The notes beneath the pieces are model-generated. The model saw nothing but the letters and a program-made list of their open reading frames with translations. It was not told the origin of the DNA and searched no databases. From IMG/VR virus record IMGVR_UViG_3300050343_000145, positions 3,217 to 67,216 of that record: a DNA stretch of 64,000 nt, one strand, 5' to 3'. Every line of letters starts with the position of its first letter. Within the stretch, counting starts at the first letter, position 1. The DNA comes from a virus. Made by a program: the position numbers and the translations under genes. Positions 7,664 to 17,670 of the stretch are shown piece by piece.

Positions 7664-8064
7664 AGTCTCGATTATACCTAGTACATCTTCTCTAGTTAGT
7701 TTATCTTCCATTTGCATACCTATTGCCCAAGTAAGATCATTTCCGTAATTATCTGTATATATCATTGTATTCGTTTTTTATCATTCCTTTTTCTCATCTA
7801 TTCATTTTAATTTTATTTAGTTTGTTTATTAATTCACTTAGTATATTCAGTGTTAGTGTACTTTAATCTTTCGTCAAACCAATCTTGATTTACTATTTCA
7901 TAAGTTAGAAAGTAGTTGAATATTTCATTTTCATTTTCTATGTTTTCAATAGTTCCACAGTAGTCTGGGTTTTCATTTAGGTTAGTAATTTCTTTTTGAA
8001 TTCATTTTTAATTAGTGGTAAAGTTCTTAACATATTTCATATTATTTATTATTTGTTACACTTA

Positions 8065-8096
8065 TATTATCCATTTAACTTCGTATTTAGTTTGTA
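8065..8096 (-). promoter_or_regulatory. Putative phage early promoter, copy F
   Basis: TACAAACTAAATACGA-N8-GGATAATA. Confidence 0.8.
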
Positions 8097-8110
8097 AGTT
8101 TGTATAGAAA

Positions 8111-8251
8111 TTATCTTACTCTATCGTATTTTGAAATTGGTATCATTTCAATTAACTTTCTCATTCTTTCACGAGATTTATCGGTAGGATTAAAGTTAGA
8201 GTGGAACTCATCTATTTGTTGTAATTCTAGGTATATTTCTTTTAAATTCAT
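8111..8251 (-). CDS. Microprotein (46 aa)
   Basis: Manual translation MNLKEIYLELQQIDEFHSNFNPTDKSRERMRKLIEMIPISKYDRVR with A-rich leader. Confidence 0.55.
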   Translation of the reverse strand: MNLKEIYLELQQIDEFHSNFNPTDKSRERMRKLIEMIPISKYDRVR

Positions 8252-8272
8252 TTTATATTATTTTAATTTTAG

Positions 8273-8313
8273 TTGACACGGTGAGAATCGAACTCACAAA
8301 AACCGTTGTGTCA
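8273..8313 (-). ncRNA. 41-nt tRNA minihelix-like element
   Basis: TGACAC/GTGTCA acceptor-like stem, short linker, perfect T arm GTGAG-TTCGATT-CTCAC, discriminator A then CTA. Confidence 0.6.
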
Positions 8314-8428
8314 TTTACTCATTCACATTTTTATACTTATAGAAACAAGTGGAACTTAAAGTAGGTAGTTTGTTTACTGTTGTAAATTTGTTTACAGATG
8401 TAACCCTTCACCTGTGTACCTGTAAAAG

Positions 8429-8476
8429 TGTGACATTAGGTACATAATGATTTAATAGTAGTTAGCTATTGTCACT
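8429..8476. promoter_or_regulatory. ~47-bp imperfect dyad, copy 2
   Basis: TGTGACATTAGG...TAGTAGTTAGCTATTGTCACT; arms GTGACATTAG/CTATTGTCAC. Confidence 0.7.
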
Positions 8477-8785
8477 GTTTTCAAGTAGTTTAATTCTTTC
8501 GATTACTACATTTCGAACATTACTTGGCATGTCAGTTGATTGAGACCAGTAACCTCTCTTTAACCAGCAAGGTAGAATGTTTAGTTTAGGTAACATTACT
8601 TTAAGAACCTCATCGTGATTGTAGGTTATTTGTTCATGTTTGTTATTGATGAAGGTAATGATTTGGTTTCTACCGTACCAAGACTTTCTTACAACAAAGT
8701 TATTGCGGTGAATCGGTGGGAAGATTTCAGTTAGTTCATCTTTACTTAGGTTAGTGATCGCATCGTTTAATTTTAATTTATTCAT
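8462..8785 (-). CDS. Hypothetical protein, first gene of the early block
   Basis: Track ORF 8462..8812; likely ATG at 8785 given promoter copy G. Confidence 0.75.
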   Translation of the reverse strand: MNKLKLNDAITNLSKDELTEIFPPIHRNNFVVRKSWYGRNQIITFINNKHEQITYNHDEVLKVMLPKLNILPCWLKRGYWSQSTDMPSNVRNVVIERIKLLENSDNS

Positions 8786-8815
8786 AATAGTTACATTTAA
8801 TTTGTTATACACTTA

Positions 8816-8847
8816 TATTATCCGAGATACTTCGTGTTTAGTCTGTA
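8816..8847 (-). promoter_or_regulatory. Putative phage early promoter, copy G
   Basis: TACAGACTAAACACGA-N8-GGATAATA. Confidence 0.8.
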
Positions 8848-8971
8848 TAATGCTATACAACTGTAAATCCATTTATAATATAAATAAACAATATGGGGGG
8901 TGGTGAAATATATTTGACTTTTATATAAGGTGTACGGGGTAAATACGGTAAAGTAACCCACAACCTCTATA

Positions 8972-9017
8972 TGCGACGTTAGCTAATAAAGTATACTAGT
9001 AGCTACCTAATGTCTCA
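8972..9017. promoter_or_regulatory. ~47-bp imperfect dyad, copy 3
   Basis: TGCGACGTTAGCTAATAAAGTATACTAGTAGCTACCTAATGTCTCA; its reverse complement aligns end to end with 1698-1744. Confidence 0.7.
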
Positions 9018-9054
9018 CTATTAACTTATTGGCATTCTAAGTGATAATATAGGT

Positions 9055-9285
9055 ATGGCACAAAAACTATCACCTACAGCACGCAGAGCGAAAGCAGCGA
9101 GAGATAAACGCTACGCAATGAGTGAGTGGGGCAAATATAAAAAAAGAACTGCACAAGCAAAGAAGTGTCCTAAGGGATACGACTACGACCACCGAACTAG
9201 TAAATGTATTAAATCTTCTCGAAATCGTGCTGGTGGGAAAAACGGAACTAAAAACGAAACAACCAGAAAACGATACGGTTACTAA
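9055..9285 (+). CDS. Small basic protein, first gene of the structural block
   Basis: 76 aa, K/R-rich; YDYDH...NRA suggests a degenerate HNH-like fold; preceded by GTGATAATAT. Confidence 0.75.
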   Translation: MAQKLSPTARRAKAARDKRYAMSEWGKYKKRTAQAKKCPKGYDYDHRTSKCIKSSRNRAGGKNGTKNETTRKRYGY

Positions 9286-9295
9286 AACATCACTA

Positions 9296-11266
9296 ATGAG
9301 TAAAATACAAAACTACACAAACGATTCGCTTATAAAAGGGTCAGATAAAGTCCTAGGGTCTTCGTTTGAAAACAACTTATGGGTAACTAGAAATTACTCA
9401 ATGAACAGTTTGGCATCATTCTTTGTCAACTATCTAAGCCAGAACGGTGTGAGTTACGATTTAGCATCAATGACAACAGACATTGACACTAATTCTACAA
9501 GCATCAGCACAATAACAACCCAGCAAAGCACAAACACTACAAGTATTGGCGCAAATAGCACTTACAGTACAAATTTAGCCGCTTCATTTGGAACAGCGGA
9601 CGCAAACGGTAACGTAACGAGCTTTTCACAGGCTTTCGCGGATCAAGTTTTCAGTGTTACGGCATCGAATAGATTCGCTACAAGCACATACGCTAACAAT
9701 TTAGCCTCATCTGTGGGTACATACGATGCAAACGGTAATTTACAGAGCATGTCACAGTCATTCGCAAACAGTGTAATGACAACAACAAACGACGCAACCT
9801 TTGCAACGAGCTCATTTGTCAATAATTTAGGCTCTAGCTTTGGTACAGTGGCATCTGACGGTACAGTAACCCTGTCTGTAAGCTTCGCGAATGAAGTTTT
9901 ATCAACAACAACCACTGCGGATTTTGCTTCTACTACATATGTAAACAATTTAGGTAGTAGTTTTGGTACAGTGGCAGCAGATGGAACAGTTACACCCAGT
10001 ATAGCGTTTGCAAATACTAGTCATGAGCCTTGAAACAGTCCACTGATTATGCAGAAGCTTCGGCAGTTACTAGTTTAGGGACTACAGTTGGAAACAATAC
10101 ATCAGCTATTTCAATAAATCAAATCTTCTATAAACGGTGTACGATCAAAATACGGTGTAACATTAGACACAAACGGCGCTTTAACTGGTTTTCAAATTAT
10201 AAGTGGAGCAAATGCACAAAGTGATTTTATTGTAAACGCAGATAATTTTAAAATATACAGCTCAAATGGCGAATTAAGCCCATTTAGTGTTATAACAGAC
10301 GGCAGCACGAGTAAAGTACAAATAAACGGTAACTTAAATGTGTCCGATACGGTCACAATTGAGGGTTCTGGAGATTTTTCTTCCGGTGATGGAAGTATTA
10401 ACGATTTAAACGGTAGACCAACTGCTTTACTTATGAGAGCAGGCGCGGTAGCTGGAGATATTGGTTCAGTTTGTTTAGAAATGCAATCGGATTCAAGATG
10501 GCACCATGTTATAAAAACTACAGGCGGTACAGATGAAGACGGTAACTTTGATTTAAATGCAGAATACAGGTTAGGTAAATCACTTGTGGTAGGTAACGAA
10601 GGGGATAACTTTTCAAGAATAATGATGAAATTGAATGGTGCTGGATTAATAATACCAAACCAAACAGCCAATAGTGTAACGCCTTCACCAGACTACGCAA
10701 GCGGTATGAATATTATATTTAATAATAATAACGGCGGTAGGGATGGAGATTCTGGTAGGTTACATGTTAGCGAATATTATAAAACATTCTTTTTGGATAT
10801 TCCATCAAATCCTTTAACTACAGGGACTTTTGCGGATATAACTTTTGCAATTAGAAAATATGTTCCCGCTGTGGTTGGCCCACCGGCTGTTGATGCTTAT
10901 GAAACTAAGGTGGCTTGGATAGATAATTCAGATGATAGCTGGAACGCAAAGGGAGATGTTAACGGAACAGCTTTTAATATAACATCTGATTACAGGTTAA
11001 AAGAAGACTTCCAATCATTCAATGGTTTAAACATACTTAATAATATAAATGTATACGATTTTAAATGGAAAGATGTAGATGGAATTGAAGGTAAAAGAGC
11101 TTACGGTGTAAAAGCACACGAATTACAAGAGCAAATGCCTTCAGCGGTAACCGGCGAACACGATGGAAATAAAATGCAAAAAGTAGATTATTCTAAATTA
11201 GTGCCTATATTGGTAAAATCTATACAAGAATTACAAGCACAAGTACAACAATTACAAAATCCATAA
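9296..11266 (+). CDS. Tail fibre/spike 1 with C-terminal peptidase S74 chaperone (split by frameshifts at ~10020-10140)
   Basis: Track ORFs 9122..10033, 10030..10224 and 10340..11266 are collinear with the intact paralogue at 11270; SDYRLKEDF...VDYSKLVPILVKSIQEL. Confidence 0.8.
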
Positions 11267-11269
11267 CAT

Positions 11270-14200
11270 ATGGCCAGAATAGAAAGTTACCAAAAAGATA
11301 ATTCTTTACACGAAAAGGATAAACTTTTTGGATCATCTTACATATCTACAAATAACAGCACAGATCAATTTACTACAGGTAATTTTACCCTACAAGATCT
11401 TGCAGAATTTTTTGCTAATTACCAAATATCAGATAATCAGTTATATAATTTTGCCACAATAAGTCAGCAAGTCACAACAAATGTTTCTGATATAGAAGCT
11501 AACGCAACATATTCGTTGAACCTAGGGGCTAGCTTTGGTGCTGTAGATGATGATGGAAACTTAACATCACTTTCCCAGGCTTTTGCAAACCAAGTAATGA
11601 CAGTTACAACTAATGCTCGATTTGCTGAATCAACTTATGCAGAAAACCTAGCTAGTACTTTTGGTACTTTTGACGCAGACGGTAACTTAACTTCACTTTC
11701 AGAAGCTTTTGCTAATAATGTAATGACTACCACAGCATCGGATAGATTTGCTACAACAACATCGGTAAATACATTAACAAGTACAGTTGAGGGCAAGCCG
11801 GATATATTTAGACAAGATGATGCTCCAGCTGTAACAAATGCCGTGGGATCAATATGGTACGATACGAATGATAATAATAAAGTCTACGTTTTATTAGCGG
11901 GAACACCAAATGTATGGACATTAACGTCAGATGACAGAATTATCACTAATTCTACATCTATTTCTAATGTTTCTCAGTCTGTTACAACATTATCTAACTC
12001 TTTAGGTGCGGAAGCTGAATTAATTGATGAATTACAGACGCAATTCACATTTGATACCGAGGGTGGTATAACAGGAACCGCAGATGCACTTGCAACAAGT
12101 ATCACAACAGCGTCGTCCTCAGCAGCGGGTGCCGTAGCTACTGATCTTAATAAATTGGAGGCTGTATTTTCACAAGATTCTAATGGAGACGTAACTGGAA
12201 TAACAGGCGTATTATCTACAGCTGTCACATCTAATGCTAACTCAGCGATAGCAAATGCAAGTTTAGCAACAGCCCAATCAGTTACAGATCTTACATCCAC
12301 AGTAAATGGTAATACTGCTAGTATAAGTACCAACCAAAGTACTATTGCCACAGTAGAGGGATATACAGAATCAAGGTATTCATTAAAACTAGACGCAAAT
12401 GGTTCTTTTGCTGGTATGTCTATACTTGCAAGTAATGGCACTACATCAGATCCTTTTTCAGAAATAAGATTTGTAGCAGATTCATTTAAGGTATACAATG
12501 GGGGTCAAGCTGATTTAACAGGAAGTTACGACGCGCCTTTCGAGGTTGTTGGGGGAGTTGTTAAAATAAAAAGTGCTAACATAGGAAATATTTCGTTTGG
12601 AGATTTAACTAATGTACCAGGAACATTCGTGAGCACAGTAATATATGCAGATGATGCCAGTGGTACAAATGCTTCTGTTTCAAAAGGCAATAATCAAAAC
12701 TTTTTTGCTATAAAACAAGCAAGTACAGCCTGGACAGATGGGGACAGTGTAGCCGGATTAACATTTACACAAATGACAGGAAACACGGGAGCCACAGGTT
12801 CTGCAGGTGCAGATGGCGCAGACGGTGCAAATGGAGCAGATGGAGCAGATGGAGCAGATGGTGCAGACGGAGGAACCGGAGCCACCGGGGCTAGATCTTT
12901 TAGTAGATATTTATTTTATTCAACACCAACAACATCAGCGCCAACGTTTAATTCAAGTGGTATAACTTTTAGTTTTAGTAGTAATTCTTTTAGCAACCTG
13001 CCTACAGGATGGAGTGAAACAGCGCCTGTAGCCACACCAGGATCTGGTAGTAATAATTATTGGCATTTATCAGTTAGTGTTATAGAAGGCTCTACAAATA
13101 CGATAACATTTGGTTCTGTAACTAGAATGTTTGGATTTAGTGGGCTAGTAACTTTTTCAGGAACAACAATAAACGGTGCTTTTGATTATACAGCAATTGA
13201 CGGTAGTGCAATAACAACAGGCTCAATAGAAAGTGGAAACTATGTAGCATTATCGAATAGTGATTTTTCAAGCGCAGGAACTAAAATAAAATTATCAGAT
13301 GGTGCTATTGAATCAAAAAACTTTTATGTAAAAGCAAATGGTGATGCTGGATTTTCCGGTATTATAACTTTAGGAAATACCAATTTAACAGAAAGCAATA
13401 CACTAAATTCGAATACAGCCGCAAGTGATGTTTCGGGATTAGGAGGATTAGCAACAAAAGACACAATAGATGCTACTTCTGCGGATATTACAAATTTAGC
13501 AGCAGTTGCTACAAGTGGTAGTAAAGATGATGTAGGTTTAAATAATGTAGACAACACGTCCGACGCAACAATACTAGCTGGAAATTTAACAGGTACTGTT
13601 GACGGAGCGACGGTTGCAACTGTTAAAAGTGGGGCTGCAGCGGGCGCAACGGCCAACCAAGATAGCACATCAACAATAAGATCTGTAGGAGCAGCAACAT
13701 CTGGTACAATAGCAGGTTGGAAATTAGATGCTAATAATATATATAGTGGCTCTACTCCAGATTCTTCTGGTTTTACCACAGGTGGTATGACTTTAAATAA
13801 AAATGGTTCAATACACGCTAAACAATTTTATATAGACACAAGCGGTAATGCGTTTTTTACAGGAGATATAACAGGGGCCAACGGTACATTTAATGGTGAT
13901 TTAGAAGTTACTGGAACAGCTTTAATAAAAGGATCTGTATCTTCTGGTAATTTTATTGCCGCTAAGTTTAAAAACACAGACACTACCAATAACACAGGCG
14001 CGGGAATATCTCTAAATTCATCTAGCGATTACCATCATAGAATATTAATGACAGGTGGCAATACAGCTTCTTTACCAGATCAAGGCACTGTTTTTGATTT
14101 AAATGCTAGTTATCAATTAGGACAAGACGGGCAATATACCAAACAAATACTCAAAATGAATGGGGCCGGTATAATAATACCTAACCAAACAGCTAACGGT

Positions 14201-15058
14201 ATAACAGCTTCTACTAATTATAGCGGGGGTATGAATATTATATTCAATGACAATAGCGGTGGCAGAACGGGTAGTTCGGGTAGATTACACGTAAATGAGT
14301 ATTACAAAACATTTTTCTTAGATGTCCCCGGTGTCCAGGGGTCTGCTGGCCAGTGGCAAGATAAAGTTTTTGCAATGAGAGCACACAATGGAACAGGTGA
14401 TCAAACTGTTTTTGATGTTGACACTAATAGAAAAATAACAACAGTGGGTGCTTTAGAAGTTGGGGGGAATTTCAACGGACAAAACGGATATTTTGCACAA
14501 GACTTAGGCGTCGGATTTAATTCTGGATCAATTGGGGGTAAAATACAATTAAGAAGGTCTAGTGCTGGTATTGGTATTAAAAACGATTACGGTACTGCAG
14601 GCAGCGGCACAATAGGTTTATTTGGTTATACAGCTTCTAATATGGATACAAGTAATGCGTATCATATGAACTTTCAAGCCGATGATGGTAATGGCGTGAC
14701 TAACATGTTGCTTTGCGACCTTAATGGTAATTTAAGAAATTATTTTAATTCTTACGGTGGCTTTTCTGATGAAAGATTAAAAGAAAACATTACAGACGCT
14801 AGTCCTAAATTGGAAGATATTAAACAGCTGAAGGTTAAAAACTTTAATTTTATAGGAAATGAACTTAAACAAATAGGATTAATAGCGCAAGAGGTCGAAC
14901 AAATATTTCCTGGTTTAGTTGAGGAAACAACAGACCCTGGCCCAAGTGGCGCCGAAGAAGAAGTCGCTTATAAATCTATTAAATACTCTGTATTAGTGCC
15001 AATGCTTATAAAAGCCATACAAGAATTAGAAGCTAGAGTCGCGACATTAGAAGGTTAA
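11270..15058 (+). CDS. Tail fibre/spike 2 with collagen-like segment and S74 chaperone
   Basis: 1262 aa; host-specificity-J-like segment (YSLKLDANGSFAGM...FVADSF), G-X-Y run, SDERLKENI...IKYSVLVPMLIKAIQEL. Confidence 0.88.
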   Translation: MARIESYQKDNSLHEKDKLFGSSYISTNNSTDQFTTGNFTLQDLAEFFANYQISDNQLYNFATISQQVTTNVSDIEANATYSLNLGASFGAVDDDGNLTSLSQAFANQVMTVTTNARFAESTYAENLASTFGTFDADGNLTSLSEAFANNVMTTTASDRFATTTSVNTLTSTVEGKPDIFRQDDAPAVTNAVGSIWYDTNDNNKVYVLLAGTPNVWTLTSDDRIITNSTSISNVSQSVTTLSNSLGAEAELIDELQTQFTFDTEGGITGTADALATSITTASSSAAGAVATDLNKLEAVFSQDSNGDVTGITGVLSTAVTSNANSAIANASLATAQSVTDLTSTVNGNTASISTNQSTIATVEGYTESRYSLKLDANGSFAGMSILASNGTTSDPFSEIRFVADSFKVYNGGQADLTGSYDAPFEVVGGVVKIKSANIGNISFGDLTNVPGTFVSTVIYADDASGTNASVSKGNNQNFFAIKQASTAWTDGDSVAGLTFTQMTGNTGATGSAGADGADGANGADGADGADGADGGTGATGARSFSRYLFYSTPTTSAPTFNSSGITFSFSSNSFSNLPTGWSETAPVATPGSGSNNYWHLSVSVIEGSTNTITFGSVTRMFGFSGLVTFSGTTINGAFDYTAIDGSAITTGSIESGNYVALSNSDFSSAGTKIKLSDGAIESKNFYVKANGDAGFSGIITLGNTNLTESNTLNSNTAASDVSGLGGLATKDTIDATSADITNLAAVATSGSKDDVGLNNVDNTSDATILAGNLTGTVDGATVATVKSGAAAGATANQDSTSTIRSVGAATSGTIAGWKLDANNIYSGSTPDSSGFTTGGMTLNKNGSIHAKQFYIDTSGNAFFTGDITGANGTFNGDLEVTGTALIKGSVSSGNFIAAKFKNTDTTNNTGAGISLNSSSDYHHRILMTGGNTASLPDQGTVFDLNASYQLGQDGQYTKQILKMNGAGIIIPNQTANGITASTNYSGGMNIIFNDNSGGRTGSSGRLHVNEYYKTFFLDVPGVQGSAGQWQDKVFAMRAHNGTGDQTVFDVDTNRKITTVGALEVGGNFNGQNGYFAQDLGVGFNSGSIGGKIQLRRSSAGIGIKNDYGTAGSGTIGLFGYTASNMDTSNAYHMNFQADDGNGVTNMLLCDLNGNLRNYFNSYGGFSDERLKENITDASPKLEDIKQLKVKNFNFIGNELKQIGLIAQEVEQIFPGLVEETTDPGPSGAEEEVAYKSIKYSVLVPMLIKAIQELEARVATLEG
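12779..12895 (+). repeat. Collagen-like G-X-Y repeat (~13 triplets)
   Basis: GNTGATGSAGADGADGANGADGADGADGADGGTGATGAR; 9-bp GGAGCAGAT-type units. Confidence 0.9.
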
Positions 15059-15103
15059 AATACCTAACAACCACGTGATTATAGTAACATAAGACCAAAA
15101 CCA

Positions 15104-15400
15104 ATGACTTATTTTTACAAAACCTATTCCTGGGGGAACAACAGTACTCAAGGAATATCCGAAGAAACCAGAACTCTTTGGGAGCACATCGCTAAAAAAG
15201 AAAACTGGCGAATTGTTCAACTACCTAATGGATTTTTTCAAGCCGAATACAAAGATCTAAGTGAAGAAGAAAAATGGATCGATGTCACAAGGCGTGAAAC
15301 TTTAGAAAGCTGTGAGGCAGCGATTGATGGAAGCATTAGTCATTACTCTAAAAAGCTTGAGTTTTTAAAAGGACCCAAGGTAGTTAAAACCTTTAAATAA
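15104..15400 (+). CDS. Hypothetical protein
   Basis: 98-aa ORF upstream of groEL. Confidence 0.8.
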   Translation: MTYFYKTYSWGNNSTQGISEETRTLWEHIAKKENWRIVQLPNGFFQAEYKDLSEEEKWIDVTRRETLESCEAAIDGSISHYSKKLEFLKGPKVVKTFK

Positions 15401-15426
15401 CCACTTATACTAAAAAATTTAATTAA

Positions 15427-16989
15427 ATGGAATATAATAACCCAAGTGAGATAGTAAAAGACCTTTCCTTTGGGAAGGATGCTAGAAATAAAATTATGCA
15501 CGGGGTAGATAAATTGACAAGTGCAGTTAAGTCTACCCTTGGTGCTTCTGGAAAATGCGTTATATATGAAGACGCACTAGGAAGGCCGGTGATCACAAAA
15601 GATGGTGTAACCGTAGCGGAAAGCGTAGTCTTAATCGACCCGGTCGAAAATATTGGCGCAACTTTAATAAAAGAAGCAGCAAGAAATACAGTAAGAGAAG
15701 CGGGTGATGGCACAACAACAGCCACAGTGCTTGCTCATTCATTGCTGCATTTAGCCAATGATCACAAAGACGATAATAACATAAGAGATATTAAAAAAGG
15801 TATTTTAAGTGGCTTAAATAAAGTCAACAAATATCTTGATAAAAAAGCTATTGAAGTAAAAGACAATATGCTCGAAAGTGTTGCAGCAATTAGCTGTAAT
15901 AATGATAAAGCTCTTGGTGGTGTTATATCGCAAGCTTACTCAAAAGTAGGTAAGGATGGTGTTGTCCTTATGGAGGAGTCTGAGACCCATGACACATACG
16001 TAAAATTCGTAGAGGGCACTAGGTTAGACTGCGGACTCAAGTCGCCACATTTTATAACAGATAAGGATAAAGGTAAAGCGGTACTAGAAAATCCGTACGT
16101 ACTGATAGTTTCATCGCCAGTACCTAATATCCGTAAAATACAAAACGTATTGGAGTTTGTTATCAAATCGAAAAGAAGCTTACTGATCGTAGCAGGCGTA
16201 GAACAACAACCTATGGCAGCGTTGCTAGCAAACAAAGTCAAAGGTAATATAAAAGTAAATGTTGTGGATCTGCCTGGATTCGGTCCGACTAAACAAGATA
16301 CAATTGAAGACCTTGCGATATTAACCGGAGCTAAAGTAATGAATGAAGAATTAGGAGATGATCTTGATTTAATTTCACCTGAAGTTTTAGGACAAGCTGT
16401 TTTATCAGTTACAGATGACAAGCATACTGTACTGCAAATAACTGACCAGGGTGTTGTGCTTGATGAACGAATAGAAACAGTTGAAAAGAAAGTTAGAGAA
16501 GAAAAAAATCCATTCTTTAAAAAGAAGTTGCAAGAAAGATTAGCAATGTTGAACGGCCAAGTGGCAATGATTAAAGTAGGTGCGGACTCTAAAGTTGAAA
16601 TGAAAGAAAAGAAAGATAGAGTTGAGGATGCAATATATGCTACTAAAGCAGCGTTGCAAGAAGGTATTGTTCCAGGTGGTGGAGTAGCACTATTAAATGC
16701 TTCTCAAAAAATTAAACCTAACGGTTTGGGTGAGCAAATACTGTTAGAAGCAATTAAATCACCATACAAAACAATAATTGCTAATGCAAATTTACCTTAT
16801 GCGGAATATCCTACGGCAGGAACTGGTATTGATGTTGCAAACGAAGCACCAGTTAGAATGGTTAATAAAGGAATTATTGATCCTGTGTTAGTGACTAAAA
16901 CAGCATTGAAAAATGCAGTTAGTGTGGCTAATACAATATTTTCAGCGGATTGTGTAATTAACAATGTAAGAAGTTATGAAAGCAATTAA
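15427..16989 (+). CDS. groEL: Phage-encoded chaperonin GroEL
   Basis: ITKDGVTVAE, AGDGTTTATVLA, PGFG, EKKDRVEDAIYATKAA, EGIVPGGG, GIIDP motifs; no GGM tail. Confidence 0.97.
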   Translation: MEYNNPSEIVKDLSFGKDARNKIMHGVDKLTSAVKSTLGASGKCVIYEDALGRPVITKDGVTVAESVVLIDPVENIGATLIKEAARNTVREAGDGTTTATVLAHSLLHLANDHKDDNNIRDIKKGILSGLNKVNKYLDKKAIEVKDNMLESVAAISCNNDKALGGVISQAYSKVGKDGVVLMEESETHDTYVKFVEGTRLDCGLKSPHFITDKDKGKAVLENPYVLIVSSPVPNIRKIQNVLEFVIKSKRSLLIVAGVEQQPMAALLANKVKGNIKVNVVDLPGFGPTKQDTIEDLAILTGAKVMNEELGDDLDLISPEVLGQAVLSVTDDKHTVLQITDQGVVLDERIETVEKKVREEKNPFFKKKLQERLAMLNGQVAMIKVGADSKVEMKEKKDRVEDAIYATKAALQEGIVPGGGVALLNASQKIKPNGLGEQILLEAIKSPYKTIIANANLPYAEYPTAGTGIDVANEAPVRMVNKGIIDPVLVTKTALKNAVSVANTIFSADCVINNVRSYESN

Positions 16990-17233
16990 TTACTACGTTG
17001 TAATAGAGAAAATTAAAGAAGCACCGAAGAAAGTAGGTGGCTTGGAACTCACTGAAGATCAAAATAAAGACGTTAGATATTTAAAAGGCAAAGTTATATC
17101 TGCTGGTAATCTAGTAGAAAATTTAAATAAAGATGATATAGTGCATTATGATAAGCATGCTGGCCACGGTATAGAATGGTCAGATAAATTGTACTATGTG
17201 TTGAAGTTGGGAGATATAGTATTAGTCGAATGA
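16976..17233 (+). CDS. groES: Co-chaperonin GroES
   Basis: 85 aa; MKAINYYVVIE...GGLEL...GKVISAG...DDIVHYDKHAG...DIV Cpn10 pattern; overlaps groEL. Confidence 0.88.
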   Translation: MKAINYYVVIEKIKEAPKKVGGLELTEDQNKDVRYLKGKVISAGNLVENLNKDDIVHYDKHAGHGIEWSDKLYYVLKLGDIVLVE

Positions 17234-17670
17234 GATTAAGTGCTAACGACATAAGAAATTTAAATTTACTAAAATATTATAGGCTCATTCGAAAATGGGC
17301 CTGTAAAACTTATGGGCTAAAAGATGCTGATCTTGAATTACTAATCTATTTAGATTGCAAAGAACGATTTACACGTAATGATTTTATTGATGGCACCTAC
17401 ACCTACAGTTGGGATAAAGATAGGTGGGAAAGACTCAGAAGAGATGGGTGGATAGATGTATGGAGAGAGCGCAATAGGACAACAATAAAATACAGCATAT
17501 ATAAAACTTCTTTTAAATGTAAACAATTAATTACGAGAATATATCGTATAATGCTTGCAGAAGAAGATTTGCCAACAAGCGAAAGAAGTAAGTTTTATAA
17601 TAATAAATCATATACAGATAAAGTTTACAATAAAGCAATTGATGATATGATTAAAGATAAAGATAGATAA
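17230..17670 (+). CDS. Hypothetical protein, possible winged-helix
   Basis: YGLKDADLELLIYLD...WERLRRDGWI resembles MarR-like wHTH. Confidence 0.6.
   Translation: MRLSANDIRNLNLLKYYRLIRKWACKTYGLKDADLELLIYLDCKERFTRNDFIDGTYTYSWDKDRWERLRRDGWIDVWRERNRTTIKYSIYKTSFKCKQLITRIYRIMLAEEDLPTSERSKFYNNKSYTDKVYNKAIDDMIKDKDR

Noticed and set aside
8273-8313. attP site derived from a host tRNA 3' end
   Set aside because: No integrase in the window, and the element includes its own complementary 5' acceptor strand.
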